From: Candidatus Methylomirabilota bacterium
GTDB taxonomy: Bacteria > Methylomirabilota > Methylomirabilia > Rokubacteriales > CSP1-6
DNA: 61,573 bases
Assembly: GCA_035649755.1 (NCBI GenBank)
Contig: DASRIY010000377.1
Location: 1 to 61,573 of the forward strand
Direction: 5' to 3'
Shown here: positions 32,784-42,246 of the stretch, one piece after another
Layout of the letters: every line of letters begins with the position of its first letter
How positions within the stretch are numbered: the first letter of the stretch is position 1
Position numbers and translations under genes: made by a program
Notes under the pieces: generated by a model
Told to the model about the DNA's origin: nothing
Seen by the model: the letters and a program-made list of their open reading frames with translations, nothing else
Database searches by the model: none

Positions 32784-34412
32784 ATGATCGCCCGCATGAC
32801 TGTCCCCACCCGCTGGGCGGAGTGCCGGGCCAGCGGCGGACTCGTCGCCGCGCCGCACGCGCTGGCCGCCGAGGCCGGCGCGGCGATCCTCAGGCGCGGC
32901 GGCAATGCTGTCGATGCCGCGATCGCCGCCGGTGCCACGATCGCGGTCGTCTACCCGCACATGAACGGCGTGGGCGGCGACAGCTTCTGGCTGATCTACG
33001 ACGGCCCGAACCGGGCCCTCCGCGGGCTGAACGCGGCGGGCCGCGCGGCGGCGACGGTCGACCTGGAGACCTATCGGGCGCGCTTCGGCACCGCCATCCC
33101 GCCGCGCGGCGGCGCGGCCGCGCTGACCGTCCCCGGCGTCGTCTCCGGCTGGTGGGAAGCTCATGCCCTGAGCCGCGACACCCTGGGCTCGCGGATCGGC
33201 TGGAGCGCGCTTCTCGAGGACGCGATCACCCGCGCCCGTGACGGCTTTCCACCCTCGCCCGGGCAGCGCCGCGAGACAGCCGACGCCGACGATCTCTTCG
33301 GCGCCACCGCGCCGGCCGATCTGCGCCCGGCGCTCTGGCGCATCTTCGATCCCGCGCTGCTGGCGCGCGAGCGTTTCGTGCAGGCCGACCTCGGCGCGAC
33401 GCTCGAGGAAATCGCGCGGGGCGGCGTCGAGTCGTTCTACCGCGGCGCGCTCGGCAGGCGAATCGCGGTGGCCGCCGCCGCCGCCGGCAGCCCGCTGACT
33501 TTCGAGGATCTGGCCGCGCACCGGGCGGAATGGGTGGAGCCCTTGCGCGTTCGCTACCGGAACGGGGAGGCGGCGAGCCTGCCCCCGCCGACGCAGGGCT
33601 TCGCCGCCCTGGCGATCCTGTCACTGCTCGAGGGCTTCGACATCGGCGCGCTTCCCGAGGCTGACTACGTTCATCTGGTGGTCGAGGCGACGAAGGTTGC
33701 CTTCGAGGACCGCGACCGCTATCTGACCGACCCGACGTTCGAGCGGGTCCCGGTCGAGCATTGCCTGGACCCGGCTCATCTGGCCGAGGGCCGCCGCCGC
33801 ATCTCTCGGCGCGCGGCGCAGCAAGCGCGCGGCGCGGCGCTCGAGGGCGACACGATCGCCATCGTGGCGGCGGACGCGGCCGGCAACGCGGTGTCGGTCA
33901 TCCAGAGCCTCTACTGGGAATTCGGTTCCGGCGTGATCGCCGGCGACACCGGGATCCTCCTGCAGAATCGCGGCGCGTTCTTCTCGCTCGATCCGGCGCA
34001 TCCCAACCGGCTGGCACCGCGCAAGCAGACCGCGCACACGCTGATCCCGTCGATGTACCTGGTGAACGGCTGCCCGCATCTGGTTTACGGCACGATGGGC
34101 GGCGAGGGTCAGCCGCAGACGCAGGCGACGCTGGTCACGCGCAGCCTCGACCGCGGGCTCGGGCCACAGGCGGCCGTCGAGGCGCCGCGCTGGCTCTACG
34201 GGCGCACCTGGGGCGATGAGACGCGGGCGCTCAGGCTCGAGTCGCGCTTCGACAGCGACGTGCGCGAGTCGCTCCGCGCGCGCGGCCACGACGTCGAGAT
34301 CGTCGAGGACTGGAGCGATCTCATGGGCCACGCCCAGCTCATCCGCATCGATCCGGACGGCCTCCGCGGCGGCTCCGACCCGCGGGCCGACGGAGCCGCG
34401 CTCGGCTCTTGA
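32784..34412 (+). CDS. ggt: Gamma-glutamyltransferase family protein
   Basis: GGNAVDAAIAAGATIAVVYPHMNGVGGDSFWLIYD N-terminal motif; Thr nucleophile region GDTIAIVAADAAGNAVSVIQS; GTMGGEGQPQ. Confidence 0.9.
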   Translation: MIARMTVPTRWAECRASGGLVAAPHALAAEAGAAILRRGGNAVDAAIAAGATIAVVYPHMNGVGGDSFWLIYDGPNRALRGLNAAGRAAATVDLETYRARFGTAIPPRGGAAALTVPGVVSGWWEAHALSRDTLGSRIGWSALLEDAITRARDGFPPSPGQRRETADADDLFGATAPADLRPALWRIFDPALLARERFVQADLGATLEEIARGGVESFYRGALGRRIAVAAAAAGSPLTFEDLAAHRAEWVEPLRVRYRNGEAASLPPPTQGFAALAILSLLEGFDIGALPEADYVHLVVEATKVAFEDRDRYLTDPTFERVPVEHCLDPAHLAEGRRRISRRAAQQARGAALEGDTIAIVAADAAGNAVSVIQSLYWEFGSGVIAGDTGILLQNRGAFFSLDPAHPNRLAPRKQTAHTLIPSMYLVNGCPHLVYGTMGGEGQPQTQATLVTRSLDRGLGPQAAVEAPRWLYGRTWGDETRALRLESRFDSDVRESLRARGHDVEIVEDWSDLMGHAQLIRIDPDGLRGGSDPRADGAALGS

Positions 34413-34428
34413 CGCCGGGCGCCCCGCG

Positions 34429-34935
34429 ATGACCGGCGAAAGGTTCTCCGCGCGTTCCGTGCGCTTTCCAGCCGCCTACGGTGCGCCGGGAGGACCGGAG
34501 AGCCTCCTTCCGTGGAGCCACGTCGAGGAGCGCATGCGGCGGGCGTCGAACTACTGGCTCGTGACCGTCGGCCCGAACGCGCGACCGCACGCGCGTCCTG
34601 TCGACGGCGTCTGGGTCGACGGCGCACTCTGCTTCGGCGGCTCACCGGAGACGCGCTGGGTCCGCAACGTGATGGCGAACCCGTCGATCTCCGTGCACCT
34701 GTCGAGCGAGACCGAGGCGATCATCCTCGAGGGCACGGCCGAATTCGTCGGCGACCCGGCACACCCGCTCGCCGCACCGGCCATGGCGGCCTCCAGGGCG
34801 AAATATCCTCAGTACTATTCCGGCCCCGACGCTTCGTTTCGCCCGTTCTGGGCGCTCCGCCCCGCGACGGCGTTCGCGTGGACCCTGGAAGGCTTCCCGC
34901 GAGGCGCCACGCGCTGGCGCTTCCCCGGGCGCTAG
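34429..34935 (+). CDS. Pyridoxamine 5'-phosphate oxidase-like FMN-binding protein
   Basis: 168 aa; NYWLVTVGPNARPHARPVDGVWVDGALCFGG and SVHLSSETEAIILEGTAEFV fit the split-barrel PNPOx-like fold. Confidence 0.6.
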   Translation: MTGERFSARSVRFPAAYGAPGGPESLLPWSHVEERMRRASNYWLVTVGPNARPHARPVDGVWVDGALCFGGSPETRWVRNVMANPSISVHLSSETEAIILEGTAEFVGDPAHPLAAPAMAASRAKYPQYYSGPDASFRPFWALRPATAFAWTLEGFPRGATRWRFPGR

Positions 34936-36155
34936 CTCAGGGGGATCTCGCGCTCGAAGACCGTGAAGGGCGAGCGGCGCGCCGCGTCGAGCGCTTTCTT
35001 GATGTCGGCCTCGCCCCGGCCGGCCCCTTGCTGCAGCAGGGTCTCGAAGAATCCGACGTAGAACGCCTCGGGCTCGACGACGACGGCCAGGCGCGCGCGC
35101 ATCCCCGGGCCCGGCACTTTCACGCGGAACGTGAGGACCGCACTCCGTCCTGGATGGAGACGCGTGTCGAAGATCTCACGCGAGAGATCCAGGGCCACCT
35201 GGCGCCCGACAATTTTTTCTTGCCGGCTTCCTTCGATCGCCAGCCCGGTCTCGTCCACCAGCTCGCCGCGCAAGACGACGCGCGGCGTGACGTACGTCGG
35301 AAACGCGTGACCGATCCGCGTGCTGGTGACTCGCAGCGTGACGACCGCGATCTCGCCGGGGCGGTAGCGGGCCGCCCCCGGCTTCGCGGTGATCGTGAGT
35401 CCCGAGCGCACCATGTCGGCGTCGTGTATGCCGCGCCACCGGTGCCGCCGCTCCGGCATGTGGCAGTCCTGGCACTGCACGCCCTCGCGGGCGAAGCGGC
35501 TCCCCCGCCACTCGTTGTACGTGTTCTCGAGGAGCTTGCCGTTCAGGGCGAAGCCGTCGGCTGCGAACTGATGACAACCGGCGCAGAACTCGGCCTTCAT
35601 GAACGCCGGCGTGCGCGTGACGCCGTTGTGAGGCAGGGTCTCCCGCGGGGCGGCGCTCGCGAGCGACCCGTCGCGGCGCGGCGGGCCGAAGCGCTGGTGG
35701 CCGCGCACGTGGCAGGCGGCGCACGGCACGCCCTTGCCGCGAAGCGCCGCGTCGTAATCGGGGTTGGGGCGCGTTTCCCCGTCCCTCACGATGAGCGGCG
35801 CCTGCTCGGCGAGCGGGCCGTGACACACGAGACATCCGATCGCCGATTGCGGGTCGCTCTGGAGCATCTCGACCAGCTGACCCTCGATGCCCGGGCCGGT
35901 CGCCGCCGCGTGGGTGCTCTCGCGCCAGTCGGCGTATTGCGCCGGATGGCAGCTCCCGCACGCCTCCGGGTTCAGCGAGGCCTCGAGCGGTGAGTAGCGC
36001 GCGGGCGGCGGGCCCTGCGGCGCCAGCGGCAGACGCCAGTGGCTCCGGAGAAAGTCCTGGATGCCGTCGGCGCCGAGAGCGGCGCCGCCGACCAGTGCCG
36101 CCGCAGCCGCCGCCGCGCACGCGGCGCGAAGTCGCGTTCGCATCGACCGGAGCAT
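34932..36155 (-). CDS. Periplasmic pentaheme c-type cytochrome
   Basis: Signal peptide; five CXXCH motifs (CGSCH, CLVCH, CAACH, CAGCH, CQDCH) in the first ~250 aa; heme-free C-terminal ~150 aa. Confidence 0.8.
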   Translation of the reverse strand: MLRSMRTRLRAACAAAAAAALVGGAALGADGIQDFLRSHWRLPLAPQGPPPARYSPLEASLNPEACGSCHPAQYADWRESTHAAATGPGIEGQLVEMLQSDPQSAIGCLVCHGPLAEQAPLIVRDGETRPNPDYDAALRGKGVPCAACHVRGHQRFGPPRRDGSLASAAPRETLPHNGVTRTPAFMKAEFCAGCHQFAADGFALNGKLLENTYNEWRGSRFAREGVQCQDCHMPERRHRWRGIHDADMVRSGLTITAKPGAARYRPGEIAVVTLRVTSTRIGHAFPTYVTPRVVLRGELVDETGLAIEGSRQEKIVGRQVALDLSREIFDTRLHPGRSAVLTFRVKVPGPGMRARLAVVVEPEAFYVGFFETLLQQGAGRGEADIKKALDAARRSPFTVFEREIPLS

Positions 36156-36218
36156 GATAGCGTGCGGACTGCGGTACAGTATGGGCGGAAGTCAATCTGA
36201 CCGCTTCCGGAGAGGTTC

Positions 36219-38771
36219 GTGGATCCGTATCGCCTGCCCCGGCTTGCGCGACCGACTCGCTACGACCTGCGACTCGAACCCGACCTCGCGACGCTCAGCT
36301 TCGCGGGCGAGGAAACCGTGACCCTCGAGATCACCGAGCCGACCGCGGAGATCGTCATGAACGCGATCGAGCTCAAGATCGACGAGGCGACCATCACGAG
36401 CGAGCGGGGCGACGCGCACCGCGGCGTCGCGACGCTCGACGAGGCGGCCGAGCGCTGCCGCGTCGTCTTCCCGTCGCCCTTGGCGCCGGGCACGTGGCGA
36501 TTGCGCCTGGCCTTCAGAGGAATCCTGAACGACAAGCTCCGGGGCTTCTACCGGTCGAGCTACAAGGACTCGAGCGGCGAGATGCGGCTCATGGCCGCCA
36601 CGCAGTTCGAGGCGACCGACGCCCGCCGCGCGTTTCCGTGCTGGGATGAGCCGGAGTTCAAGGCCGTCTTCGCGGTGACGCTCGTGATCGACCCGAAGCT
36701 CACCGCCGTCTCGAACACCGCCATCAGGGGCGAGCGGGTCGCGGGCGGACGCAAGACTGTCACCTTCGCCGACTCGATGAAGATGTCGACGTACCTGGTG
36801 GCCTTCATCGTGGGCGAGCTGGAAGCGACCGAGGCGATCCCGGTGGGGCCGGCGGCAGTGCGCGTCTGGTGCGTGCCGGGCAAGCGGAGGCTCGCCGCCT
36901 TCGGTCACGAGATCGGGGTCGCCTCGCTCCGCTTCTTCGAGGGCTACTACGGCCTGCCGTACCCGGGCGACAAGCTCGATCTCCTGGCGATCCCGGACTT
37001 CGCCGCTGGGGCGATGGAGAACCTCGGCGCGATCACCTTCCGCGAGACCGCGCTCCTGGTCGACGAGCGCGCCGCCTCGCATGCCGAGCTCGAGCGCGTC
37101 GCCGACGTCGTCGCCCACGAGAACGCTCACATGTGGTTCGGCGACCTCGTCACGATGACCTGGTGGAACGGCATCTGGCTCAACGAGGCGTTCGCCACGT
37201 TCATGGAGATCCTCGCGGTCGACGCCTGGAAGCCCGAGTGGCAGCGCTGGACGACGTTCGGCGTCTCGCGCGCGGCGGCCCTCTCGGTCGACGGGCTCCA
37301 TTCGACACGCCCGATCGAGTTCCACGTCGAGGCGCCGCGCGATGCCGACGCGATGTTCGACGTGCTGACCTATGAGAAGGGCGCGTCGGTGCTGCGCATG
37401 CTCGAGCAATACCTGGGCGCCTCCGTCTTCCGCGACGGCGTCCGCGAGTACCTCCGCCGTCACGCGTACGCCAACGCCGATACCGGCGATCTCTGGGCGG
37501 CGCTCGGACGCGCGGCGCGCCAGCCGATTCCCGAGGTGATGGACGGCTGGATCTTCCGGCCGGGCTATCCGCTGGTGAGCGCCCGGCTCGACGGCCACCA
37601 GCTCGTCCTGACCCAGCAGCGCTTCACGTATCTGCCGGAGCCCTTGCCCGGATCGACGCCGACACCGCGGGACCAGGCCTGGCAGGTTCCCGTCCAGGTG
37701 CGGGTCACCGCCGGCGGACGCTCCTCGGTCGAGCGCCGCATGCTCGGCGCCTCCGAGAGCCGGTTCGACCTGCCGGAGCGGGCGGGCGCCGTGCTCGTCA
37801 ACGAAGGCGGCCACGGTTTCTATCGCGTGCGCTACAGCGGCGATCTGCTCGAGCGTCTCCTCGGCAGCTTGCCCGATCTCGCCCCCATCGAGCGGTTCAA
37901 TCTGGTGAACGACGCGTGGGCGGTGACCGTCGCGGGGCTCATGGGGCTCGGCGACTATCTCGAGCTGACCACCCGCTTCCGCGGTGAGCGCGATCGGAAC
38001 GTGTGGTCGATCCTGCTCGCCTCGTTCGGGACGCTCAACCGCCTCATCGATCCCGCGCACCGGCCGCGGCTGGCCGCGCTGGTCCGCGACCGCGTGGCGC
38101 CCGTCTTCGGCGAGCTGGGCTGGACGCCGCGGTCCGGCGAGGACGAGCTGACCCGCCAGCTCCGGGGCGATCTCGTTCGCGTCATGGGCGTGCTCGGCGA
38201 CGATCGCGCGGTGCAGGCCAAGGCGGCCGAGCTGTACCGGTCGGCGGCCGACCTCGATCCAAACATTCTGCCGGCCGTCATCGGCGTGCTCGCCCACGCG
38301 GGCGACGGCGCCCGCTACGACGAGTTCCTGGCGAAGTTCCGCTCGGCGTCGACGCCGCAAGAAGAGCAGCGCTATCTCTACGCTCTCACCGCCTTTCAGC
38401 GGCCCGCGCTTCTGTCGCAAACGCTCGCGCGGACGATCAACGGCGAGTTCCGCACCCAGGACGCGCCGTTCGTGGCGCGCTCGCTCTTGATGTCGGTCTA
38501 CGGGCGCGAGGCCGCCTGGGAATTCGTCAAGACTAACTGGGAGACGATGGAGCGACAGTATCCGAAGGCGGGGCTCCGGCGGCTGGCCGAAGGCGTGACC
38601 GGCCTCGTCACGCCCGAGCTCGAGCGCGACGTGCACGCTTTCTTCCAGGCGCGGCGGCCGCAGTTCGGGGGCAAGACGCTCGAGCAATACCTGGAGCAGC
38701 TGCGCATCGCGGTGCGGCTGCGCGAGCGCGAAGCCGGGGGGCTCGGAACCTACCTCGCGCGGTTCGCCTGA
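36219..38771 (+). CDS. pepN: Aminopeptidase N (M1 family)
   Basis: GAMEN exopeptidase motif (AAGAMENLGAITF) and HENAHMWFG...WLNEAF zinc site; 850 aa. Confidence 0.95.
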   Translation: MDPYRLPRLARPTRYDLRLEPDLATLSFAGEETVTLEITEPTAEIVMNAIELKIDEATITSERGDAHRGVATLDEAAERCRVVFPSPLAPGTWRLRLAFRGILNDKLRGFYRSSYKDSSGEMRLMAATQFEATDARRAFPCWDEPEFKAVFAVTLVIDPKLTAVSNTAIRGERVAGGRKTVTFADSMKMSTYLVAFIVGELEATEAIPVGPAAVRVWCVPGKRRLAAFGHEIGVASLRFFEGYYGLPYPGDKLDLLAIPDFAAGAMENLGAITFRETALLVDERAASHAELERVADVVAHENAHMWFGDLVTMTWWNGIWLNEAFATFMEILAVDAWKPEWQRWTTFGVSRAAALSVDGLHSTRPIEFHVEAPRDADAMFDVLTYEKGASVLRMLEQYLGASVFRDGVREYLRRHAYANADTGDLWAALGRAARQPIPEVMDGWIFRPGYPLVSARLDGHQLVLTQQRFTYLPEPLPGSTPTPRDQAWQVPVQVRVTAGGRSSVERRMLGASESRFDLPERAGAVLVNEGGHGFYRVRYSGDLLERLLGSLPDLAPIERFNLVNDAWAVTVAGLMGLGDYLELTTRFRGERDRNVWSILLASFGTLNRLIDPAHRPRLAALVRDRVAPVFGELGWTPRSGEDELTRQLRGDLVRVMGVLGDDRAVQAKAAELYRSAADLDPNILPAVIGVLAHAGDGARYDEFLAKFRSASTPQEEQRYLYALTAFQRPALLSQTLARTINGEFRTQDAPFVARSLLMSVYGREAAWEFVKTNWETMERQYPKAGLRRLAEGVTGLVTPELERDVHAFFQARRPQFGGKTLEQYLEQLRIAVRLREREAGGLGTYLARFA

Positions 38772-38779
38772 GGAGCGGG

Positions 38780-39168
38780 ATGCGATCGATCATCAGGGCG
38801 ACGACGGTGGTGGCGCTGGCCGGCCTGGCCGGCGGCACGGCGACGGCGTGGGGCCAGCACGGCCACAGCGGAAGCCACGAAGAGGGGCATCGGGCCGCGC
38901 AGGCGTGCGCGACCGAGTTCGAGCAGGTCGTAGGCGCCGGCCGGGGGTTCGGCATGGCGTTCGCAGCCGATCAGAACGGCTACCCGGGCCCGATGCACGT
39001 GCTGGAGCTGAAGGACCGCCTCAAGCTCAGCGCCGAGCAGGAAGGGAAGATGCAGCCGCGCGGCGCGACGTACGGCTGGTCCATCTGCTCACGCACCTCA
39101 AGGCTCGCGATCTCCTGACCGAGGAGCAGCGCCGGATCTACCACGAGGCGCGCTGGAGCGGCCGCTAG
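38780..39168 (+). pseudogene. Spy/CpxP-like (LTxxQ) periplasmic protein, reading frame broken around 39050-39070
   Basis: Frame A (from 38780) gives the signal peptide and HVLELKDRLKLSAEQEGKM, then runs into nonsense. The frame of ORF 38848 gives VRLVHLLTHLKARDLLTEEQRRIYHEARW and ends at 39168. Both halves carry LxxxEQ motifs of the family. Confidence 0.5.
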
Positions 39169-39175
39169 TCGACGG

Positions 39176-39565
39176 CTACAGCCGAAGATCGACGATCAGT
39201 CGTCCTGCCATCACGCCCAGGACGCACACGGTCAGACACAAGGCCGTCGTCGCCAGGACGTTGATCCACGCCTGACTCCACGCGCCGGTCTGCATCAGGC
39301 GGACGGTCTCGTAGCTGAACGAGGAGTACGTCGTGAGGCCGCCCATGATGCCGACCGTCAGGAACAGCCGCGTCGATTCCGGGATGAGCTGGGACGTGGT
39401 GGCGACTTCCTGGATGAGTCCGATCAGGAATGAGCCGACGACGTTGACGATGAAGGTCCCGTAGGGAAAGTCGGCGCCGAGCCATCGCAACGCGAGTCCC
39501 CCGACCAGGTAACGAAGGCCCGAGCCGATCGCGCCGCCCAGACACACCAGCATGAGCCGCCCCAC
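39176..39565 (-). CDS. crcB: Fluoride ion channel CrcB/FluC
   Basis: 129 aa, 4 TM; LGGAIGSGLRY and GGLTTYSSF motifs. Confidence 0.9.
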   Translation of the reverse strand: MGRLMLVCLGGAIGSGLRYLVGGLALRWLGADFPYGTFIVNVVGSFLIGLIQEVATTSQLIPESTRLFLTVGIMGGLTTYSSFSYETVRLMQTGAWSQAWINVLATTALCLTVCVLGVMAGRLIVDLRL

Positions 39566-39583
39566 CCGGTCTGCGCCCCCGCC

Positions 39584-40234
39584 TCAGGTGATGTCGATCG
39601 GCTCGTCGACGAATACCGTGTACGTGCGCGGCCGCCCGCGCTCGGCGTCGGCCGGATTCACGTACATGATCGACGTCCGGCCGCGGATCTCGCGCGGGAG
39701 AATCGCCACGCGGATGAAGCTCGTGTCCTCGGCCTTCGACGCGACGGCCAGAACGGGCTCGCGCCCGCTCTCGAACCACGCGCCGCCTGGCGTGACGCGC
39801 CGAGCGGGCGCGTCGCCCACGGTCACCTCGAGCGCGCCGGCGATGAGACAGCGGATGCCGCCACCCCGGTGGCGGTGCGGGAGCGCCACCCCGCCCAGCG
39901 CGAAGTCGACCCGGTCGGCGCGTATCAGGTATTCCGCGCGCGGGTCGAGGTCGATCGGATGCTCGAGGAGCACCTTCGCGTCGCCGCCCGCCGGCGCCGT
40001 GCCCCGGATCAGCTCGTAGCGCAGCAGGGCCGCGCCGGCGTCCCCCGCGGCCACTTCGCATGCGCCTGCGCCGTGCCAGGCCTGCCCCTCGACAACTCGC
40101 GCGTCGCCCGCGCCGCTCGCCACCGAGATGGCGCTGCGTCGCGCGTAGAGGACGCGGTTGAGCGCGGGAAGCCGCAGGCGACCGGCCGCGGGCAGTCGGT
40201 CCTCGCACAGGCGCAGTGTGTAGTCTCCGGACAT
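39584..40234 (-). CDS. Cupin-domain protein
   Basis: 216 aa with a beta-rich double-barrel-like pattern; ALPHRHRGGGIRCLIAGALEV resembles a cupin motif. Lies 18 nt upstream of crcB on the same strand. Confidence 0.45.
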   Translation of the reverse strand: MSGDYTLRLCEDRLPAAGRLRLPALNRVLYARRSAISVASGAGDARVVEGQAWHGAGACEVAAGDAGAALLRYELIRGTAPAGGDAKVLLEHPIDLDPRAEYLIRADRVDFALGGVALPHRHRGGGIRCLIAGALEVTVGDAPARRVTPGGAWFESGREPVLAVASKAEDTSFIRVAILPREIRGRTSIMYVNPADAERGRPRTYTVFVDEPIDIT

Positions 40235-40284
40235 GGCCGGGCGTCATTGTACGCCGCGCGGGCTCCGTGATACGTTGCGGAACG

Positions 40285-42246
40285 ATGAGAGCCGTCGCAG
40301 TCGGGCTCCTGGTTGCGAGCATGTGGCTCGCCGCCCCTCGCAGCATCGCCGCGTATTCGATCCAGGAATCGATCCTCCGCGTCAAACCTGCGGCCGTACT
40401 GATCACCACCGAGGTGCGCGCGGACGTGACGCTCAACTGCGGGCGCGGGCCGGTCGCCGTGACCCCGCCGCCGTTCGTCGAGACGGGCACGGGCTGGTTC
40501 GTGGACGGACGCGGGTTCATCATCACCAACGCGCACGTGGTCGATCCGGCGTACCGGCTGCCGGCCTGGGTCACGCACGAGCTCAAGAAGAAGGCGATCG
40601 ACGAGGCGTGCGTGGTTCCGGTGCTGACCGCCCGCGGCATCATGCGCGGGCAGCGGCCGGACCTCGAGGAGGAGATCCGCCGGGCCGCCAGTACGCAGGC
40701 GCTCGCCACCGCCAAGGTCGAGGCCCAGCCCCAGATCACCGCCATGCTGTCCAACGGCACGAAGCTCCGGGCGGACGTGAAGAAGTTCAGCCCGCTGCTC
40801 CTGCTCGACAACGCCGGCAAGCCCCTGCCCGATTCCGGCCGCGACCTGGCGCTCCTGCGCGTGGCCGACGGCGTCTATCCCGCCATCGGCCTGTCGCGGC
40901 GCGATCCCCAGATCGGCGATCCGGTGCACATCCTGGGTTTCCCGGGCGTCGTGCTCTCGCACGAGCTCCTCAACCAGAGCTCCACGCTTGACGCCTCGGC
41001 CACGAACGGCACCGTGTCCGGCATCAAGTTCGACGCGATCGGGCAAGAGCTCGTGCAGACCGACGCGTCGGCCTCGCACGGCAACAGCGGCGGACCGGGT
41101 GTCAACAACGACGCCGAGCTCGTGGGCGTGATGGTGGCGGTGACGCTCTCGCCGTCGGGCGGCTCGATCGTGCAGGGGTTCAACTTCCTGATCCCGGCCA
41201 AGGACGTCGCCAAGTTCCTGGACGGCACGGAGGTTACGAAGCCCGGCGACAGCAAGTTCAATCCGGTGTGGGCGGCCGGCATCGAGCTCTTCCTCGGCGG
41301 CCGCTACAAGGCGGCCGTCGCCAAGCTCGAAGACGCGAACAAGCTGGTGCCGAACCTGGTCGACGTCAAGCGCACCCTCGACGAGGCCAACCGGATGGTG
41401 AAGAATCCGCCGCCCCGGCCCTTCCCGTGGGCGTGGGCGACCCTCGGCGTGACCGTGCTGAGCGGCGGCGCCTACGGCGGCATGTGGGGCAAGCGCTGGT
41501 GGAAGAACCGCTTCCGGGTCACGCCGACGCAGGTGATCACGTTCATCGAGCGGGGGCTCAACCCGGCGCTGCTCGACGTGCGCACGAAGGCCGAGTTCGA
41601 GACGAGCCCCTTGAAGCTGCCGGGCTCGATGCGCTACGAGCCCGAGACGGCCGAGCAGACGCCGCTCAACCTCGAGCCCGCGCAGCTCATCGTCGCCTAT
41701 TGCACGAGCCCGGAGGAGCAGCAGAGCGCCCGGATCGTGCATCTCCTTCGTCAGCGCGGCTTCAAGAACGTGCGCATCCTCAAGGGCGGTCTCGGCGGCT
41801 GGACCAACGCGCGCCTGCCGGTCGAGGCGAAGTCGGCCCTGCCGTCGGTCGGGCTCGAGCTCTACAAGAACCTCTCGCTCGGCGACATCGAGCGGCGGCG
41901 CTTCAAGCCGGGCGACTACATCTTCAAGGAAGGCGACGACCCGCGCGACGAGGCGTTCGTCATCCATTCGGGCACGGTCGAGATTCGCCGGAACCTCAAC
42001 GGCGCCGAGCGGGTGGTGAACCGGATCGGCGAGGGCGAGCCGCTCGGGGAGATGGCGCTCTTTCGCGGGGTCGCGCGGCGCTCGGCAGCGGCGGTGGCGG
42101 CCGACGACGTCGAGCTGCTCGTCATCAAGGAGGAGCGGCTCGAGTGGCTCGTCCTGAACCGACCGCGGCTCGCGCTCGAGCTGCTCAAGCGCCTGTCGAA
42201 CCTCGTCGTCGCGACCGATCAGGAGCGGGCGCAGCCGGTCAGATGA
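40285..42246 (+). CDS. Multidomain protein: periplasmic trypsin-like serine protease, TM helix, rhodanese domain, cyclic-nucleotide-binding domain
   Basis: Signal peptide; GTGWFVDGRGFIITNAHVV (His), DLALLRV (Asp), ASHGNSGGPG (Ser); TM WAWATLGVTVLSGGAYGGMWG; rhodanese LIVAYCTSPEE...LKGGLGGW; cNMP-binding FKPGDYIFKEGD...GEMALFRGVARRSAAAVA. Confidence 0.8.
   Translation: MRAVAVGLLVASMWLAAPRSIAAYSIQESILRVKPAAVLITTEVRADVTLNCGRGPVAVTPPPFVETGTGWFVDGRGFIITNAHVVDPAYRLPAWVTHELKKKAIDEACVVPVLTARGIMRGQRPDLEEEIRRAASTQALATAKVEAQPQITAMLSNGTKLRADVKKFSPLLLLDNAGKPLPDSGRDLALLRVADGVYPAIGLSRRDPQIGDPVHILGFPGVVLSHELLNQSSTLDASATNGTVSGIKFDAIGQELVQTDASASHGNSGGPGVNNDAELVGVMVAVTLSPSGGSIVQGFNFLIPAKDVAKFLDGTEVTKPGDSKFNPVWAAGIELFLGGRYKAAVAKLEDANKLVPNLVDVKRTLDEANRMVKNPPPRPFPWAWATLGVTVLSGGAYGGMWGKRWWKNRFRVTPTQVITFIERGLNPALLDVRTKAEFETSPLKLPGSMRYEPETAEQTPLNLEPAQLIVAYCTSPEEQQSARIVHLLRQRGFKNVRILKGGLGGWTNARLPVEAKSALPSVGLELYKNLSLGDIERRRFKPGDYIFKEGDDPRDEAFVIHSGTVEIRRNLNGAERVVNRIGEGEPLGEMALFRGVARRSAAAVAADDVELLVIKEERLEWLVLNRPRLALELLKRLSNLVVATDQERAQPVR

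Noticed and set aside
39566-39583. Fluoride riboswitch upstream of crcB.
   Set aside because: The spacer is only 18 nt, and the next upstream spacer (40235-40284) shows no crcB-motif-like pairing that I could recognise by eye. A covariance-model scan is still needed for certainty.
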